Shown here: positions 60,952-64,000 of the stretch, one piece after another | How the letters are laid out: every line of letters starts with the position of its first letter | How positions within the stretch are numbered: the first letter of the stretch is position 1 | Origin: Lysobacterales bacterium | GTDB taxonomy: Bacteria > Pseudomonadota > Gammaproteobacteria > Xanthomonadales > SZUA-36 | Direction: 5' to 3' | DNA length: 64,000 bases | Assembly: GCA_036351055.1 (NCBI GenBank) | Contig: JAZBOH010000208.1 | Coordinates: forward strand, 2,935-66,934 | Position numbers and translations under genes: made by a program | The notes under the pieces: model-generated | Told to the model about the DNA's origin: nothing | What the model saw: the letters and a program-made list of their open reading frames with translations, nothing else | Databases searched by the model: none

Positions 60952-61965
60952 ATGCAGCATTTTTTGAGCACCATCGACTGGTCGCGCGGGGAATTGGACG
61001 AGCTCCTTAAAGCCGCCGCCGATCTCAAGCAGGATCCCATCCGGGACAGCATGAAGGGCAAGTCCATCGCCTTGCTGTTTCTCAACCCGTCGATGCGCAC
61101 GCGGACATCTTTCGAGCTCGGCATGCAGCAATTGGGTGGTATCGCCATCGTGCTGCAGCCCGGCAAGGACGCCTGGGGTGTCGAATTCGAGCCCGGGGCC
61201 ATCATGGACGGGGATGCCGAGGAACACATCGCTGAAGTCGCCGGTGTTCTGTCACGGTATTGCGACCTGATTGGTATCCGCGCCTTTCCCTTGTTCAAGG
61301 ACTGGTCAAGAGACCGCGAAGACCGGGTGATCAGGACCCTGGCGAAGTATTCCTCGGTGCCGGTCATCAACATGGAAACCATCGTGCATCCCTGCCAGGA
61401 GATGGCGTTGATGCTGACCCTGAAAGAACGCCTTGGTGTGGTGAAAAACCGCAAGTTCCTGCTGACCTGGACCTGGCACCCGCGCCCCCTGAACACCGCC
61501 GTGGCCAACTCGGCCCTGCTGATCGCCAGTAAATTCGGCATGGACGTCACCCTGCTATGCCCCGAAGAGGCCTACCGCCTGGATCCGCAGTTCGAAAACG
61601 CCGCAACACAGTTTTCCCGTGACAATGGAGGCAGCTTCGAGGTGACACATGACATCGAAGCCGCCTATACCGGGGCCGATGTCGTTTACGCCAAGAGTTG
61701 GGGCGCCCTTCCTTTTTACGGCCGTCCCGAGGACGAGTGGGAACGGCGTAAGAACTACCGGCATTTCATCGTTGACGAGGAAAAAATGGCGATGACCAAC
61801 AGCGCGCTGTTCAGCCATTGCCTGCCGCTTCGTCGCAATGTAAAAGCGACGGATGGTGTCATGGATGCCGACTATTGCGTCGCCATCGACGAGGCAGAAA
61901 ATCGTCTGCATGTGCAGAAGGCCATCATGAATCGCCTGCTTGGTGCCGCACCCAGGCGCTTCTAG
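60952..61965 (+). CDS. argF': N-acetylornithine carbamoyltransferase (AOTCase)
   Basis: 337 aa. It closely follows the Xanthomonas-type AOTCase pattern (DWSR.ELD, FLNPSMRTRTSFELG, LQPGKDAW..EF, INMETI.HPCQE, LTWT.HP.PLNTAVANSAL, FSHCLPLRRNVKATD, AENRLHVQKAIM). Confidence 0.92.
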   Translation: MQHFLSTIDWSRGELDELLKAAADLKQDPIRDSMKGKSIALLFLNPSMRTRTSFELGMQQLGGIAIVLQPGKDAWGVEFEPGAIMDGDAEEHIAEVAGVLSRYCDLIGIRAFPLFKDWSRDREDRVIRTLAKYSSVPVINMETIVHPCQEMALMLTLKERLGVVKNRKFLLTWTWHPRPLNTAVANSALLIASKFGMDVTLLCPEEAYRLDPQFENAATQFSRDNGGSFEVTHDIEAAYTGADVVYAKSWGALPFYGRPEDEWERRKNYRHFIVDEEKMAMTNSALFSHCLPLRRNVKATDGVMDADYCVAIDEAENRLHVQKAIMNRLLGAAPRRF

Positions 61966-62005
61966 GGCCAGGCAAAAGAATTCAAACAAGACAGAGTTGA
62001 CCGAC

Positions 62006-63205
62006 ATGAAAGAAAAAATCGTATTGGCCTTTTCCGGTGGACTGGATACCAGTTACTGCGTGCTGGACCTGGTGCAGAAAGGTTTCGAAGTGCATACCGC
62101 GTTTATCGATACTGGCGGGGTGGATGATGCCGAACGCGAGTATATCCACAACCGGGCCATCAGCCTGGGTGCGACAGAGCACTACGAGATCGACGTGGGT
62201 CAGGAAATCTGGGATGAATTTGTTGTACCCCTGGTTTGGAGCCACGCACGAATGCTGGGCGAGTATCCCCTTTTGTGCAGTGATCGATACCTCATTGTGA
62301 AAAGCTGCCTGGACCTCTGCGACGAGTTGGGAACGAAGAATTTCGGCCATGGTTGTACCGGTATGGGTAACGACCAACTGCGGTTCGACCAGACGGTCCG
62401 CAGCCTTGGTGACTACGTGATCCATGCCCCGATCCGCGACTTGCAGTCGAAAGTCCAGGCCGTGAGAGACTACGAGCTCGATGTCATGGCGAAGGCCGGA
62501 ATCGAGGTCGAGGCATCCGCAAGCCGGTATTCGATCAACGCGAACCTGCTGGGCACGACGATCTCCGGCAGTGAAATCGATGAATTTCTGCCGCCGGCTG
62601 ATGGTGCCTGGACACGGACCGCCGGCCGCGAAGACTGGCCGCAGGGCGCCCTGGAAATCCGCATCGCTTTTGAACAGGGTGAAGCGGTCAGCCTGGATGG
62701 CGAGGAAATGGCCGGGCCGGAAATTCTCCGCGCCCTCAACGACAGGCTCGGTGCCTGGGGCGTTGGGCGCCATATCTATACCGGCGACGTCACCATCGGC
62801 CTGAAGGGGCGTATCGCATTTGAATGCCCGGGCATCGATGGCCTGCTGACGGCCCACCAGGCCCTGGAAGACGCCGTTAACACCCGCTTCCAGAACCAGT
62901 TCCGCAAGCTGATCAGCGACCGCTGGGCCGAGCTCGTGTACAGCGGGTTTTTCTACGAACCGCACAAATTTGACCTCGAAGCTTACCTGGAAAACTCCCA
63001 GGAGATGGTGAGCGGTGAAGTTGTTATCCGCACCGAGGGCGGCTCCGTGATCGCGATCGCCGTGGACACCCCTTACCAGCTGAAAAACCCGGATGCCATT
63101 TACGCGCAGAGTGCCGACTGGACGCCGGAAGAAGCCGTGGGCTTTATCAAGCTGATCGGTCAGAGCACGACGCTAGCCGGAAAGGTGCGGGGCAGCAAGG
63201 AATGA
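62006..63205 (+). CDS. argG: Argininosuccinate synthase
   Basis: Trimmed to MKEKIVLAFSGGLDTSYCV (399 aa), the ATP-pyrophosphatase motif of ArgG. Confidence 0.96.
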   Translation: MKEKIVLAFSGGLDTSYCVLDLVQKGFEVHTAFIDTGGVDDAEREYIHNRAISLGATEHYEIDVGQEIWDEFVVPLVWSHARMLGEYPLLCSDRYLIVKSCLDLCDELGTKNFGHGCTGMGNDQLRFDQTVRSLGDYVIHAPIRDLQSKVQAVRDYELDVMAKAGIEVEASASRYSINANLLGTTISGSEIDEFLPPADGAWTRTAGREDWPQGALEIRIAFEQGEAVSLDGEEMAGPEILRALNDRLGAWGVGRHIYTGDVTIGLKGRIAFECPGIDGLLTAHQALEDAVNTRFQNQFRKLISDRWAELVYSGFFYEPHKFDLEAYLENSQEMVSGEVVIRTEGGSVIAIAVDTPYQLKNPDAIYAQSADWTPEEAVGFIKLIGQSTTLAGKVRGSKE

Positions 63206-64000
63206 GTTCAACGGCTCTCCTCGGTCACCTGGAGAAGCTGGTTGCTTGCGACACGCAGAACCCGCCGCGCGAGATAACAGGTGACTCGGACATTTTTCAG
63301 TACTGCTCCGGCGTGGTCGGATCCGGCTTCAGGGTGGAGGTCCGGGACCATGGTGAAGGCCACGTCAGCTGGTACGCGGTTCGGGGCGAGCCGGACATCC
63401 TGTTCAACGTCCACCTGGACACCGTTCCGGACGGTGAGGGCTGGAAGAGCGATCCTCATGCACTGCGGGTAAAAAATGGCAGGGCATACGGGCGTGGCAG
63501 TTGCGACATCAAGGGCGCGGCTGCCGCACTGCTCACGATCGCCCAGCAGGCTCCGCAGAATATGGCCTTGCTGTTTACTTCCGACGAAGAAGGCGCGGGC
63601 GGTTGCTGTATCGGGAATTTTCTGGAAACAGGGGAGGGTGAACGCTATCGCCAGGTCATCGTGGCCGAGCCGACAACCTGCCGGGCAGTGCTTGGCCACC
63701 GGGGCTTTCTTTCGGTGAAAACCCGTTTCAGTGGCGAGCCCGGGCATTCGTCCGAGGCCAGGGCGTTGACGGATAATGCAAACCACCAGGCGACGCGCTG
63801 GGCCGCCGCGGCGCTCGCTGTAGCGGAATCGAGAAAATCTGCTGCCGGCGACCCGGGGAGCTGCATGAATATCGGTATCGTGGATGGCGGCAGCAAGAGT
63901 AACGTGATTGCAGGCAGCGCTTTTATTCACTGGAGTGCGCGCCTGCAGCCGGGTGAGTCCAACGATGCATTTCTTGAAGAAATCCAGGCCTGTGCCGCAC
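63202..64000 (+). CDS. argE: ArgE-family M20 deacetylase (acetylornithine / N-acetylcitrulline deacetylase), 3' end outside the window
   Basis: ATGA start-stop overlap with argG. The frame is open to the window edge. Motifs are NVHLDTVP and GRGSCDIKG. Not in the ORF track because no stop falls within the window. Confidence 0.85.
   Translation, partial: MSSTALLGHLEKLVACDTQNPPREITGDSDIFQYCSGVVGSGFRVEVRDHGEGHVSWYAVRGEPDILFNVHLDTVPDGEGWKSDPHALRVKNGRAYGRGSCDIKGAAAALLTIAQQAPQNMALLFTSDEEGAGGCCIGNFLETGEGERYRQVIVAEPTTCRAVLGHRGFLSVKTRFSGEPGHSSEARALTDNANHQATRWAAAALAVAESRKSAAGDPGSCMNIGIVDGGSKSNVIAGSAFIHWSARLQPGESNDAFLEEIQACAA

Overview
GC-rich, mostly core-chromosome window from a Gammaproteobacterium. 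The N-acetylornithine carbamoyltransferase arg cluster (argF'-argG-argE) gives it a Xanthomonadales-like flavour. I can support about 58 protein genes, all apparently intact. In order they are: mnmG, glnS, LemA plus an M48 peptidase, a GMC oxidoreductase, an RND permease / adaptor / NTT-like transporter operon, btuCD-like ABC genes, rppH, sufT, apbE, ygbA, a cobalamin riboswitch plus btuB, fadE with a divergent TetR, an ECF sigma / anti-sigma / DUF4097 module, two tandem membrane GTPases, an orphan histidine kinase, hemE-aroB-aroK, an exosortase-like gene with pdxH-yjbQ, yggT-proC-yggS divergent from pilT-pilU, a two-component system with a zinc-ribbon protein, an outer-membrane barrel plus a secreted protein, a thioredoxin-like protein, uspA, an alanine/glycine:cation symporter, a central-carbon supercluster (tkt-gap-pgk-2xDUF4136-pyk-aceE-aceF-aspartic protease-lpdA) and the arg cluster. 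I saw no rRNA, tRNA, CRISPR array, transposase, integrase or obvious defence island. The most interesting signal is non-coding. Upstream of argF' lies a 26-codon mini-ORF with four consecutive Arg codons. It is coupled to a terminator whose 3' arm is duplicated inside the mini-ORF, which is the geometry of leader-peptide attenuation, and I know of no described example for a bacterial arginine operon. Other points worth a second look are the overlapping pair of membrane-anchored GTPases, a C-rich sRNA candidate after mnmG, a 170-bp palindromic element whose arms supply the stop codons of both convergent neighbours, an orphan exosortase-H-like gene, and a retropepsin-like protease embedded in the pyruvate dehydrogenase operon. 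All functional calls come from reading motifs by eye. No database search was run.
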